IMG/VR virus record: IMGVR_UViG_3300017917_002762 | Coordinates: 32,001-96,000 of that record | Direction: 5' to 3' (one strand) | DNA from: a virus | DNA: 64,000 nt | Notes under the pieces: model-generated | Seen by the model: only the letters and a program-made list of their open reading frames with translations | Told to the model about the DNA's origin: nothing | Database searches by the model: none | Translations under genes and position numbers: made by a program | Shown: in pieces, positions 8,016-18,119 of the stretch | Position numbering within the stretch: the stretch's first letter is position 1 | Layout: the number at the start of each line of letters is the position of its first letter

Positions 8016-8999
8016 ATGAATAAACCAAATAATCAACCTTTGCAAAAGTGGAGACATGTTTCAGAAATTAGAAATGAAACTTATAGTTATATAATTAAGA
8101 GAAAAGATGGATTAATTAAATCCATAAGGACACCGTGGGCAAAATTAAATAATAATTTGATGGATGGTTTAGAATGGTCTGGTATTTATATTTTTGCTGG
8201 TAGACCAGGTTCAGGTAAAACTAGTATTGTATCTCAGATAACAAACAATGCTCATTTAAATAATCCGAGTCAAGATTTTGCTATTTTAAATTTTCAATTT
8301 GAAATGAGTGATAGATCAATAGGTGCTAGAGAATTAACAAAACCATTAAATATGGATATGAAGAAAATATTTAGTGCAGATCCTACTCAAAAATTGACTA
8401 ATGCTGATTTATCAGATATTAAAAATTATCATCAAAATAAAATAAATGATGAAATTTATTATGTTACTGATCCTGTAACAGCTAAAGATATTACAAAAGA
8501 AGTTATTAATTTTTATAATACAATTAAAAAACCAATTATTGTAACTATAGATCACTCTGTTTTAACTAAAAAAAATGTAGATGAAACAAGTCAACTAGAA
8601 ACTTTATATAATTTATCTACAGAATTAGTTTATTTAAAAAAGAAAATACCAAATAGTCTTTATATAATTTTATCTCAAATGAATAGAACAATAGAAGATC
8701 ATGAGAGAAGAAGAAATGGACATATTGGTAATTATCCAACATCTTTAGATTTATTTGGTGCTGATGCTTTAATGCAAAATGCAGATGCTGTAATTGCAAT
8801 TAATAGACCCGATTTAATGGGTATTACTGAATATGGTCCAGAAAAAATAATAGTTGAAGATGGAATGGTAATATTTCATTTATTAAAAAATAGATTTGGT
8901 GAACAATCAATTTTATTTTTTAAACAAGATTTAAAATATTTTGAAGTTTTTGAAACTAAAATTCCTATATCTAATAAATCAAATAAAATTAAAATTTAA
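8016..8999 (+). CDS. dnaB: DnaB-like SF4 replicative helicase
   Basis: Walker A AGRPGSGKTS, FQFEM, Walker B IVTIDH, LSQMNR, DLFGADALMQNAD, KNRFG. Confidence 0.92.
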   Translation: MNKPNNQPLQKWRHVSEIRNETYSYIIKRKDGLIKSIRTPWAKLNNNLMDGLEWSGIYIFAGRPGSGKTSIVSQITNNAHLNNPSQDFAILNFQFEMSDRSIGARELTKPLNMDMKKIFSADPTQKLTNADLSDIKNYHQNKINDEIYYVTDPVTAKDITKEVINFYNTIKKPIIVTIDHSVLTKKNVDETSQLETLYNLSTELVYLKKKIPNSLYIILSQMNRTIEDHERRRNGHIGNYPTSLDLFGADALMQNADAVIAINRPDLMGITEYGPEKIIVEDGMVIFHLLKNRFGEQSILFFKQDLKYFEVFETKIPISNKSNKIKI

Positions 9000-9006
9000 A
9001 AAAAAA

Positions 9007-9546
9007 ATGATTGTAAAAGAAACTATTCAAACAATTAAAGATTTTCATTCAACAGCTTTTATTTTTCTTAATGAAGAAAATCCTGTATTTTATCCAAAAA
9101 AAATATTTTTATTAAATGATGAAGAACATGTGTCATTATTTGAAAAAGAATTAATTTGCGGTAAATTTTATACAGAAATTATAAATGATGATAATCAACC
9201 TTTATCTACAGAAAGAACATTATACAGATTTAAAGGAAATGAATATTCTAAATCAGAATACAGATCTAAAGAAAATTTAGTAAATGGTTCTTTAGCATTA
9301 AAATATTATGTACCTTTAAGTGATTTTGAAAAAATTAATTTAGAAGATTATATTCCTAAAAAAGCTCCTAAAAAATTAAGTTTAAAAAAAATTGAAGAAA
9401 CTAATATTATCGTTAATGAAAATGATAATTCAGAAGAAGAAGATGTATTAATGAGTAAGATGACTATTAGAGATTATGCTGCAATTAAATGGCAAAGACC
9501 AGTTTCTAATAAAAAATGGTTAAACGATTTAATAAATAAAATTTAA
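9007..9546 (+). CDS. Hypothetical protein
   Basis: Track ORF 8941-9546; ATG at 9007 after the helicase stop is more likely. C-terminus MTIRDYAAIKWQRPVS..WLNDLI. Confidence 0.7.
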   Translation: MIVKETIQTIKDFHSTAFIFLNEENPVFYPKKIFLLNDEEHVSLFEKELICGKFYTEIINDDNQPLSTERTLYRFKGNEYSKSEYRSKENLVNGSLALKYYVPLSDFEKINLEDYIPKKAPKKLSLKKIEETNIIVNENDNSEEEDVLMSKMTIRDYAAIKWQRPVSNKKWLNDLINKI

Positions 9547-9550
9547 AAAA

Positions 9551-10306
9551 ATGGAAAATATTGTATTACCTTTAAAAAAAGTAAAAGCAGAAAATCAAAA
9601 TCCTAAAAACTTAATAATTTTTAGTAAACCTAAAGTTGGTAAAACATCTTTATTGTCTATGTTAGATGATTGTTTAATAATTGATCTTGAAGAAGGTTCT
9701 GATTATATAGACGCTGTTAAAATTAAAGCAAAATCTGTTTCTGATATTAAAGCAATAGGTAAAGCAATTATTGAAAATAATAAACCTTACAAATATATTG
9801 CTGTTGATACAATCACTGCATTAGAAGAAATGTGTATTCCTTTAGCAGAAAGATTATATGCCAATAGCTCTATGGGTGCTAACTGGTTTAAAGAAGACGT
9901 TGGTGGTAAAGCAAAATATGGAAGTATACTTAACATGCCTAATGGTGCAGGTTATCCATGGTTAAGACAAGCATTTGATTCAGTAATAACATACATAAAA
10001 ACATTAGCTCCTTATGTTATTTTATTAGGACATGTAAAAGATGTAATGTTAGAAAAAAATGGTGCTGAATTTAGTTCTTTAGATTTAGATTTAACAGGTA
10101 AATTAAAAAGAATTACAATGTCAAATTCAGATGCTATTGGATATTTGTATAGAAAAGGAAATAAAAACATAATAAGTTTTAAAACTTCAGATGAAATTTC
10201 ATGTGGTGCTAGACCAGAACATTTAAGAAATCAAGAAATCGAAATTTCTATTATGTCAGATGATGGTAGTTTAACTACTAATTGGAATAAAATTTTTATT
10301 AATTAA
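9551..10306 (+). CDS. Sak4-like/AAA_24 P-loop ATPase (recombination)
   Basis: SKPKVGKTS (Walker A), IIDLEEG, IAVDTIT (Walker B), ILLGHVK; precedes the SSB. Confidence 0.8.
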   Translation: MENIVLPLKKVKAENQNPKNLIIFSKPKVGKTSLLSMLDDCLIIDLEEGSDYIDAVKIKAKSVSDIKAIGKAIIENNKPYKYIAVDTITALEEMCIPLAERLYANSSMGANWFKEDVGGKAKYGSILNMPNGAGYPWLRQAFDSVITYIKTLAPYVILLGHVKDVMLEKNGAEFSSLDLDLTGKLKRITMSNSDAIGYLYRKGNKNIISFKTSDEISCGARPEHLRNQEIEISIMSDDGSLTTNWNKIFIN

Positions 10307-10326
10307 TAACTAAAAAAAACAAAAAA

Positions 10327-10989
10327 ATGAGTTTAAGTATTAAAAACATTAAAACAGAAAACAAACTTAGCAAAACAATTAATCCAGGAAACGTTAAAGC
10401 ACGTATTTATGATTTAACATTAACACCAGGATATAACACAGATTCTTATAACTTAGTGTTGTTTATTGAAACAGAACCTATTGATGATTTTGAAGGTTTT
10501 TATTATGATCCTAAAAATCCTGACATGGGTCGTTTTGAAGGTCAAGTTGGTAGAATAAGATATTCTCAATATGCTTTTGAAAGTAAAACATTACCTAATG
10601 GTTCTGTTATTGATAGAGATCAAAGTATTTTAAAAGCAATTAAAGTTATTTCTGATGCTTTAAATATTTTTGATACTGTATCAACTGTTAATGCAGAAAC
10701 TATTGAAGAATATATTGAAGAAGTAAAACCATTTATTGTAAAAGCTGATAAATATTTATTCTTTTGTGTAGCAGGTAAAGAATATTTAAATAAAGAAGGT
10801 TATACAGCTTATGATTTATTTTTACCAAAATATGAAAAAAATAAAAAATCATCAATTGGTAATGATATGGATGCTGTAATTCAATATGATGAAAAGAAAC
10901 ATATTGTAAATAAAGTAGTTAAAGCACAAGCTCAAGAAGTTTCTGAATTTGATGCAAATGATAAATCTAAAGATTTTGATTTGTTTTAA
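10327..10989 (+). CDS. Probable single-stranded DNA-binding protein
   Basis: Position after the Sak4-like gene, OB-fold-like beta pattern and an acidic/aromatic C-tail (DKSKDFDLF). Confidence 0.6.
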   Translation: MSLSIKNIKTENKLSKTINPGNVKARIYDLTLTPGYNTDSYNLVLFIETEPIDDFEGFYYDPKNPDMGRFEGQVGRIRYSQYAFESKTLPNGSVIDRDQSILKAIKVISDALNIFDTVSTVNAETIEEYIEEVKPFIVKADKYLFFCVAGKEYLNKEGYTAYDLFLPKYEKNKKSSIGNDMDAVIQYDEKKHIVNKVVKAQAQEVSEFDANDKSKDFDLF

Positions 10990-11003
10990 TTAATTTTTTA
11001 TTT

Positions 11004-11037
11004 AAAAAAGGGAGAAATTATATTCTCCCTTTTTTTT
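11004..11037 (+). terminator. Intrinsic terminator
   Basis: AAAAAAGGGAGAA (11004-11016), loop ATTATA, TTCTCCCTTTTTT plus T-run. Confidence 0.85.
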
Positions 11038-11049
11038 ATTTTATATATC

Positions 11050-12009
11050 ATGCTAAGTATTAAAAATATATTTTTAAATATTTCTGATATACCATCTTCT
11101 TGGATATTTGAACATTATTGTAATTTAAATTACAAACTTTCTGGACAAAATGTAAAAATTAAAAGTCTTTTTAATAAACATGATAAAATACCTAGCATGT
11201 CAATTTATTATCACAAAAATAATAATTGTTATAAATTTAAAGATTTTTCAAGTGGTAATGGAGGTGAAGGTGTAAATTTAATAATGTTTTTATATAATAT
11301 ATCTTATTCTCAAGCTTGTCAAAAAATTATTAATGATTATAATATTTTTATTAATAATAATTTATATACAAATATTATAACAGATGTTCCTAAGTATAAA
11401 TTAGATTATTATAATTTAAGAAATTGGAACACAAATGATGTTGATTTTTGGACAAAATATAATATAGGAAGTAAATTATTAGAACAGTATAATGTTAAAC
11501 CTTTACAACAATACGTTTTAAATAAAGAAGGTATTGATTCAAATATTGTAGTTAGTGAAAATAATATTTATGGATATTTTAAAAATAATGGAGAACTATA
11601 TAAAATATATCAACCTTATAATAGTAAAAAATTTTTAAAAATATCAGATTATATTCAAGGTACAGAACAGTTAACTGATCATTCAAATTTAATAATCACT
11701 AGTAGTTTAAAAGATATAATGTCTATTAAAAGTTTAAATCTTAAAGTAGATGTTATTGCACCTGATAGTGAAAATTCGATGTTAAGTAAAAATATTATAG
11801 AAAAATATAAACAAAAATATAAACATATAGTTGTATTATTTGATAATGATTATGCAGGAATAGAGTCTATGAAAAAATATAAAACAGAATATAATATAAT
11901 TCCTATATTATTAAATATGAGTAAAGACATAAGTGATAGCATAAAAGATTTTGGTCCTAAAAAAGTTTTATATACTTTAGTGCCTTTATTACAAAATGCT
12001 TTTGATTAA
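11050..12009 (+). CDS. dnaG: DNA primase (TOPRIM)
   Basis: N-terminal ZBD-like HDKIPSM..FKDFSSGNGG, IITSSLKD and the TOPRIM DxD motif VLFDNDYAG. Confidence 0.82.
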   Translation: MLSIKNIFLNISDIPSSWIFEHYCNLNYKLSGQNVKIKSLFNKHDKIPSMSIYYHKNNNCYKFKDFSSGNGGEGVNLIMFLYNISYSQACQKIINDYNIFINNNLYTNIITDVPKYKLDYYNLRNWNTNDVDFWTKYNIGSKLLEQYNVKPLQQYVLNKEGIDSNIVVSENNIYGYFKNNGELYKIYQPYNSKKFLKISDYIQGTEQLTDHSNLIITSSLKDIMSIKSLNLKVDVIAPDSENSMLSKNIIEKYKQKYKHIVVLFDNDYAGIESMKKYKTEYNIIPILLNMSKDISDSIKDFGPKKVLYTLVPLLQNAFD

Positions 12010-12368
12010 TGCCTAGAAAAATTAAGAAGAAAACAAGAAATTGTGGTACAATGACTGATACACAATTTTTTCAATGGTTAAGACAAATATTAAGAAAATC
12101 ATCTTTATATTGGAAACCAATTTCTCAAACAAAGAAAGATGCTCAAGTTCCTTATAAAGGACCAAATAAAAAAAGAAAATACTCTTATATTTGTGGAAAA
12201 TGTAACAAACCATACGCATCTAATGAAGTCAATGTTCATCATAAAATAGAATGTGGAAGTTTGAAATCATTTGATGATTTACCATCTTTTGTAGAAAAGT
12301 TATTTACAGAAAAAGAAAATTTAATTGTTTTGTGTAAAGAATGTCATAATAAAGAACATAATAAATAA
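12009..12368 (+). CDS. HNH endonuclease-like protein
   Basis: CGKC...VNVHHKIECG...NLIVLCKECHNKEH. Confidence 0.8.
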   Translation: MPRKIKKKTRNCGTMTDTQFFQWLRQILRKSSLYWKPISQTKKDAQVPYKGPNKKRKYSYICGKCNKPYASNEVNVHHKIECGSLKSFDDLPSFVEKLFTEKENLIVLCKECHNKEHNK

Positions 12369-12374
12369 TTAAAA

Positions 12375-12761
12375 ATGAAAAATATTAAACAGTTAATTAA
12401 AGCTATTAAAGAAAACAAAACTTTAATTTGGAATAATCCTGATCCTATTTTTAATAAAAATTATATTATTGAAACTATTCAGGAAATAGATGAAACATTT
12501 GATGAAAATAGTCCAATATTAATTCAATATGATAATGGACAAGCTGAAGCTAAAATATTTTTAAAAGAAATAGAATTTAGTCTCTCTACTAAAGAAGATT
12601 TATTAAAAAGTGTAGTATATCAAATAGAAGAAGATATTGAATTTTCAGATTTAACTTCTTTATATGAATTATTAGAATCAACAGATATAATTAATTTAAT
12701 TAATTATTTACCTGAAAATAAACATAAACAATTTAAAAATCTTTTAAATGAAAAAAATTAA
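12375..12761 (+). CDS. Hypothetical protein
   Basis: 128-aa ORF in operon context. Confidence 0.65.
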   Translation: MKNIKQLIKAIKENKTLIWNNPDPIFNKNYIIETIQEIDETFDENSPILIQYDNGQAEAKIFLKEIEFSLSTKEDLLKSVVYQIEEDIEFSDLTSLYELLESTDIINLINYLPENKHKQFKNLLNEKN

Positions 12762-12909
12762 AAAAATACTATCTAAAATATTAGATAATCGCTGGAAAAT
12801 AAAGTATTATACTATTATATTTGAGTTAGAAGTATTAGAAGCTATTACTGAAGATAAAAAAACAGCAGAACGTATTAAAATGATTTTAAAAAAAGAAAAA
12901 ATATGGTAA
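12748..12909 (+). CDS. Small hypothetical protein (53 aa, not in the ORF track)
   Basis: ATG at 12748, MKKIKKILSKILDNRWKIKYYTIIFELEVLEAITEDKKTAERIKMILKKEKIW*; fills the gap and overlaps both neighbours. Confidence 0.55.
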   Translation: MKKIKKILSKILDNRWKIKYYTIIFELEVLEAITEDKKTAERIKMILKKEKIW

Positions 12910-13172
12910 TAAAAGTTTTAAAATTTGGTGCTACCTGGTGTATGCCCTGTAAAGTATTAAATGAATTTTTTGATGAAATCAAAAAAGAAGTAAGTGAAAA
13001 TGTTATTTATAATTCTTATGATCAAGAATTAGATTCTAAATACTTTGAATTATATAACATTAAATCAATGCCTACTATTGTTATTACAGATAATAATGAT
13101 AATGAATTAGATAGAATTATAGGATTAGCTTCTAAAAATGTTATTGTAAAAACTATAAAAAAATATCAATAA
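12903..13172 (+). CDS. Thioredoxin
   Basis: KFGATWCMPCKVL (WCxPC) and IKSMPTIVI. Confidence 0.9.
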   Translation: MVIKVLKFGATWCMPCKVLNEFFDEIKKEVSENVIYNSYDQELDSKYFELYNIKSMPTIVITDNNDNELDRIIGLASKNVIVKTIKKYQ

Positions 13173-14185
13173 TGGAAGATTTGATAAAAGAATCAATGTT
13201 TGCAGCTGAGGAAGAATTTTACAATACTCCTTTTTATTTTTCTTATAGCAGTTTAAATAAATTATTATGGAATCCTAGTGTATTTTATTCTATTTACATA
13301 ATGAAAATTAAACCTGAAACAATAGATATGCAGAGTTTAATTAAAGGTAAATTGATTCATTTATTTTTATTAGAGCCTGATAAATTTGAAGATAATTATA
13401 TAATTATTGAAAAAAATTTACCAGCAGATAACATTAAAAATATTATTGATACACTTTATAGTAAACATAAAGTTTATAATGAACAAGGTATTTTAAAATT
13501 TGAACTAGAAGAATATCAAGATGAAATTTTAGAAATTTTAAAAGAAATTAATTTATATCAATCATATAAAACAGATAAACAAAGGATTGATAAAATTATT
13601 ACTGAAGATACTCTTTCTTATTGGTCTTTTTTATTTAAAAAAGAAAATAAACAATTAATTGATCAAGAAACGTATAATTACTGCAATACTGTTGCAAATA
13701 ATTTATTAAAAGATGAAAATTTTGTTGAATTAATTGGATTAAATAAATCTAATGTTTATAATGAACATAATTTAGAATATTTTTTAAAGAATTATGAATT
13801 TGGATTAAAAGGTGTAATTGATAATATTGTAGTTGATCATGATAATAAAACAGTTATTATTAATGATATCAAAACAACTAGTAAAGAATTAAAAGATTTT
13901 TCTGATAGTATAGAATATTATAATTATTGGATGCAAGCTGCTATATACATAATACTAGTTTCTTTTAATTTTAAAGAAATTAATGAATTAAATTACAAAA
14001 TTAATTTTAATTTTGTAGTTATTGATTCATATGGTATGTATTATACATTTAAAGTTAGTGATGCTACTTTAGAAAATTGGTTTAAAAGATTTAATGAAGA
14101 AAGTTTAAAAGCAGCATCTTATCATTTTAATAATAGAAAATATCTTTTACCATATAAATTTTGTACTAATCAAGTAGTATTGTAA
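13172..14185 (+). CDS. PD-(D/E)xK exonuclease (RecB/Cas4-like, DUF3799-type)
   Basis: FSYSSLNK, KGKLIH, NEH, LKGVIDNI..IINDIKTT, YWMQAAIY. Confidence 0.82.
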   Translation: MEDLIKESMFAAEEEFYNTPFYFSYSSLNKLLWNPSVFYSIYIMKIKPETIDMQSLIKGKLIHLFLLEPDKFEDNYIIIEKNLPADNIKNIIDTLYSKHKVYNEQGILKFELEEYQDEILEILKEINLYQSYKTDKQRIDKIITEDTLSYWSFLFKKENKQLIDQETYNYCNTVANNLLKDENFVELIGLNKSNVYNEHNLEYFLKNYEFGLKGVIDNIVVDHDNKTVIINDIKTTSKELKDFSDSIEYYNYWMQAAIYIILVSFNFKEINELNYKINFNFVVIDSYGMYYTFKVSDATLENWFKRFNEESLKAASYHFNNRKYLLPYKFCTNQVVL

Positions 14186-14194
14186 ATTAAGGGA

Positions 14195-14734
14195 ATGATA
14201 AAATTATATGACAAATATTTTCAAAAAAGTAAAGTTTTTTTATATCCTTTAACAGGTATGTTAAAAAATAATAGCAGTATTATTTTTCAAACATACATTG
14301 AATGGAATGATGAAATTAATTATAATGATTGTAAATTAATTTGTGTATTTGAAAAATCAAATACAGAATTATATAAAAATTATATAAATTTAATACATAA
14401 AAATAATTTTTTAATTAATCATTATGATTTACCAGATAAAGAAATTTTTATTTTTAATTTAAAAAGTTATAATTCCGATTGGAAACATTTTCTAAATGGT
14501 AAATATTCAAAATTTTCAACTAATACAAAAAGCATTATTAAAAAATATAATAATACTAAATCAGTTAATTTTGAATATATTGATTCTTATATTAATCCTC
14601 ATAAATATTACAATGTTTATTCTGAATTACTTGATGTTTCAGAAGATTTATTAGAATCTACTATTGAACTTTGTGATAAATATGACGCGGATAAAGAAAA
14701 ATTAATTTATAATTTAGAAAATTTGACTGTTTAA
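14195..14734 (+). CDS. Conserved phage hypothetical protein
   Basis: 179-aa ORF; YFQKSKVFLYP...FLNGKYSKFS...SYINP. Confidence 0.75.
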   Translation: MIKLYDKYFQKSKVFLYPLTGMLKNNSSIIFQTYIEWNDEINYNDCKLICVFEKSNTELYKNYINLIHKNNFLINHYDLPDKEIFIFNLKSYNSDWKHFLNGKYSKFSTNTKSIIKKYNNTKSVNFEYIDSYINPHKYYNVYSELLDVSEDLLESTIELCDKYDADKEKLIYNLENLTV

Positions 14735-14768
14735 AATTTAATTTATATTTTTACAAAAACATAATAAT

Positions 14769-15146
14769 ATGAAAAACATGTTGCTTTATAAAAGTAAGTG
14801 GTCTACAGATACAACAGATCATGATACTTTTAAACTAATTCCTATTAATAAAGAATGTCCTTTTAACGAATGCATTTTTGATCCAGAAACACAAATACTT
14901 GCAGTTGTAGGAATTGAAAAAAAACAATCTTATAGATTTATTCCAAAAATAGATGACAAAGGAAGACCTGTAATTGATAAAAGTACAAATCAGTATATTC
15001 AAGAAAGAAAACTGATGGAAAATTTTTATGAATATTATATTCAAGATATTGAAGATATTACTAATTTTATTGATTTATTTGCAACAAATTCAAAAGAATT
15101 TGATTGGAAATTTTTTATAAAATCAGAAAAAACTTCTGAGTCTTAA
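14769..15146 (+). CDS. Conserved phage hypothetical protein
   Basis: 125-aa ORF; FKLIPINKECPFNECIFDP...ERKLMENFYEYYI. Confidence 0.75.
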   Translation: MKNMLLYKSKWSTDTTDHDTFKLIPINKECPFNECIFDPETQILAVVGIEKKQSYRFIPKIDDKGRPVIDKSTNQYIQERKLMENFYEYYIQDIEDITNFIDLFATNSKEFDWKFFIKSEKTSES

Positions 15147-15167
15147 AAAAACCAAAGAAAATAATTT

Positions 15168-15198
15168 AAGAGAGTGTAATATATACACTCTCTTTTTT
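15168..15198 (+). terminator. Intrinsic terminator
   Basis: AAGAGAGTGTA (15168-15178), loop ATATA, TACACTCTCTT plus T-run. Confidence 0.8.
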
Positions 15199-15241
15199 AT
15201 TTAACATAAAGGGGAAACAGCTGAACTGAATATAAAAAAAT

Positions 15242-16200
15242 ATGGCAAATCATTATGTACATGATTATGAAACACTTAGCAATTGTTTTATTGGAGTTTT
15301 TTCACATTACACAACAGATGAAATTAAAATTTTTGTTGTTCATAAATTAAAAGATGACTTTAAAGAATTTGTAAAATTCTTAGAAAGTAATGTTGCTAAT
15401 AATGAATGGCATATATCTTATAATGGACTTGCTTTTGATTCACAAATCACTCATTATATATTAGATAATAAAAAAGCTTTATTAAACAATGATGGTGAAA
15501 CTAATGCAAAAATCATTTATAATTATGCTCAAAAAATAATTATAAAACATGACAATAAAGAGTTTTTAGATTATCCTTCATGGAAAATGTCTATTAAGCA
15601 AATAGATTTATTTAAAATGAATCATTGGGATAATCCAGCTAAAAGTAGTAGTCTTAAATGGATTCAGTATAATATGGATTGGGAAAATGTATTAGAAATG
15701 CCTATTCATCATACTAAATCAATAAATACATTAGAAGAAATTGATGAAATAATAACTTATTGTATTAATGATGTTTTATCTACTAAGAAAATTATGAGAT
15801 TGTGTAGAGATCAAATAGCATTAAGACAATCTCTTACTAAAGAATATAATATAGATCTTTATAGTGCATCTGAACCTAGAATATCTAAAGAATTGTTTAG
15901 TTATTTTTTAACTAAAAAATTAGATTGGGAAAAACAGGATTTAAAAAGAATGCGTACTAATAGACATCAAATAATATTAAGTGAATGTATTCTTCCTCAA
16001 ATTAAATTTAAAACACTTACATTTCAAAGTGTGCTAGATTATTTTAAATCTAAAACAATTACTGAAACTAAAGGTGCACTTAATTACAGTATTGAACATA
16101 AAGGTGTTATTACTGATTATGGATTAGGTGGTATTCATGGTGCAGCTAAATCTGGTATATATGAAGCTAAACCAGGTTATACAATTATGACATCAGACGT
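15242..16200 (+). CDS. polB: Family B DNA polymerase, exon 1 (3'-5' exonuclease and start of motif A)
   Basis: ExoI HDYET, ExoII YNGLAFDSQI, ExoIII YCINDV, GLGGIHG; ends mid-codon at TSD-V (GAC GT). Confidence 0.9.
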
Positions 16201-17150
16201 AAAACCAGTTGCGTCTTAACTCCATGAATTGCTGGAAACCCTTAAATAAGGGCAATCAGCAGCCAAGTTACAAGTACACTTGTAAAAGGTTCAGAGACTA
16301 CCTGAGCAGTATAGTCTGCTTAATAACAGGAATTAGTTAGGGTTAGTAACCTAATGAAAAAGCGTGGAGCAGTTCTTTGACATTTATAATAACATATTAT
16401 CCTAAAAATTAGGATAAAACGATAATTATTTGTATATTTATTATATGAAAGCAAAATCATGTGATAAAAATAAATCTGGAATATACTTAATTAGAAATTT
16501 AATTAATGGTAAAGTATATATTGGAAAATCTATTAACATTTATGAACGTATAATAGCACATATTTGTGGTTTAACTTCTAAAAGAATTAAAGAAGAAAAT
16601 CTTCATTTTATTGCGGCATGGCATAAATATGGTAGTGAATCATTTGAATATATTGTTTTAGAAGAATGTTTATTTGATAAACTTTCAGAAAGAGAATTAT
16701 ATTGGATGATAAAATATGATTCTATTAATTCAGATAAAGGTTATAATAAAAGATTAGACTCTAAAAGTGGTATGATTCCACATGAAGAAACTAAGCTAAA
16801 ACTAAAAAAAGCCACAACTAATAGATTTAAAAATCCAAATGAAAGAAAAAAAATTGGCGATAAATCTAGAGCTTTTTGGAAAAATAATCCTGACAAAAAA
16901 GAATTAATGGCTTTAAATGTTAAAAAATCCAAACAGAAAAAATATAGATTTTTACAGTTTAATGAAGATGAAAGTTTAGTTAAAATTTATGAAACTGTAG
17001 AAGAAATAATTAAAGAAAACCCAAATTATAAATGGCAAAATATTTATTCCGTATGTAATGGTTATAAAAAACGAATATATGGATATAAATGGAAAAAAGA
17101 ATTGAAGATATAGTCCGACACTTTCAGTAATGAAAGATTACAGTTAAATG
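16201..17150 (+). ncRNA. Group I self-splicing intron (IA2-like, with P7.1/P7.2; ORF in L8)
   Basis: P1 GACGU/GCGUC with U-G at the 5' splice site; P3 CTCCATG(16220)/CGTGGAG(16363); P AATTGCTGGAAA; Q AATCAGCAGC; R GTTCAGAGACTA; P8 CAGTTCTTT/AAAGAATTG; S AAGATATAGTCC; P9 CTTTCA-GTAA-TGAAAG; terminal G at 17150. Splicing restores DVTSFYP in frame. Confidence 0.95.
16445..17113 (+). CDS. Intron-encoded GIY-YIG homing endonuclease
   Basis: SGIYLIRNLINGKVYIGKS, NUMOD3-like HEETKLKL and a C-terminal IENR1-like NIYSVCNG...GYKWK. The 3' end overlaps P8'/S. Track start 16430 is TTG; ATG at 16445. Confidence 0.92.
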   Translation: MKAKSCDKNKSGIYLIRNLINGKVYIGKSINIYERIIAHICGLTSKRIKEENLHFIAAWHKYGSESFEYIVLEECLFDKLSERELYWMIKYDSINSDKGYNKRLDSKSGMIPHEETKLKLKKATTNRFKNPNERKKIGDKSRAFWKNNPDKKELMALNVKKSKQKKYRFLQFNEDESLVKIYETVEEIIKENPNYKWQNIYSVCNGYKKRIYGYKWKKELKI

Positions 17151-18108
17151 AACCAGTTTTTATCCAAATTTAGCTATTAAAAATGGATTTGCACCAGCTC
17201 ATCTTCCTGCTAAAGAATTTTTAGAGCAATATGAATGGTTCTTTGAAGAAAGAAAGCTTATTCCTAAATCTGATCCAAGAAACTATGTATATAAGATTAT
17301 TCTTAATAGTACATATGGATTAAGTAATGATGCTAATAGTTTTCTTTATGATCCTAAATTTACTATGCAAATTACTATTAATGGTCAATTATGGTTATCT
17401 AAATTATATGAAATGATATCTTTAGGAATTCCAGATAGTATTCCATTAATGCAAAACACGGATGGTTTAGAAATGATGATTCCTTCTGATTATAAAGATA
17501 AATATTTTGAAATATGTAGAGAATGGGAAGAAATGACTAATCTTAATTTAGAACATGATGAATATTCTAAACTAATACTTAGAGATGTCAATAATTACAT
17601 CGCGGTTTATAAAAATGGTAAAACTAAATGTAAAGGTTTTTTTGAGTATAAAGATTTAGCTCTACATAAAAATAAAAGTTTTCTTGTTATACCTAAAGCT
17701 GTATATGAGTATTTAGTAAATGGAGTTAAACCTGAAGATTATTTAGAAATTAATAAAAATCTTTATGATTATTGTGGTGCTGTTAAAGCTAAAGGATCGT
17801 GGTTTTTTACAGAAAGATTTGTAAAAGATAATCAATATGTAGATAAATCACTTCAAAAAATTAATAGATATTATATTAGTAATAAAGGAACTAAAATTAT
17901 GAAATGTCATAATGATGGTAGAGAAATTCAAGTAGAAGCAGGAAAATGGATGCAAACAATATGTAATGATATCCAACCATTTTTAAATGTTCCTTTTGAA
18001 AGTCTTGATATTAACAAACAATATTATCTTGATAAAATATATAAAGAAATAGAAAACGTAACAAGTAAAATTTCTAAATCTGGATATGTACAAGGTAATT
18101 TATTTTAA
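17151..18108 (+). CDS. polB: Family B DNA polymerase, exon 2
   Basis: (V)TSFYPNLAI motif A, KIILNSTYG motif B, QNTDG motif C; in frame with track ORF 17365-18108. Spliced product is 638 aa. Confidence 0.9.
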
Positions 18109-18119
18109 ATAATTATTAA

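Noticed and set aside
8941-9006. Track start at 8941 for the post-helicase ORF
   Set aside because: It would overlap the helicase by 59 nt. The ATG at 9007 follows the helicase stop and an A-rich leader.
15242-18108. polB as a frameshifted pseudogene or two separate genes
   Set aside because: Removing 16201-17150 restores a continuous 638-aa frame with intact motifs A, B and C.
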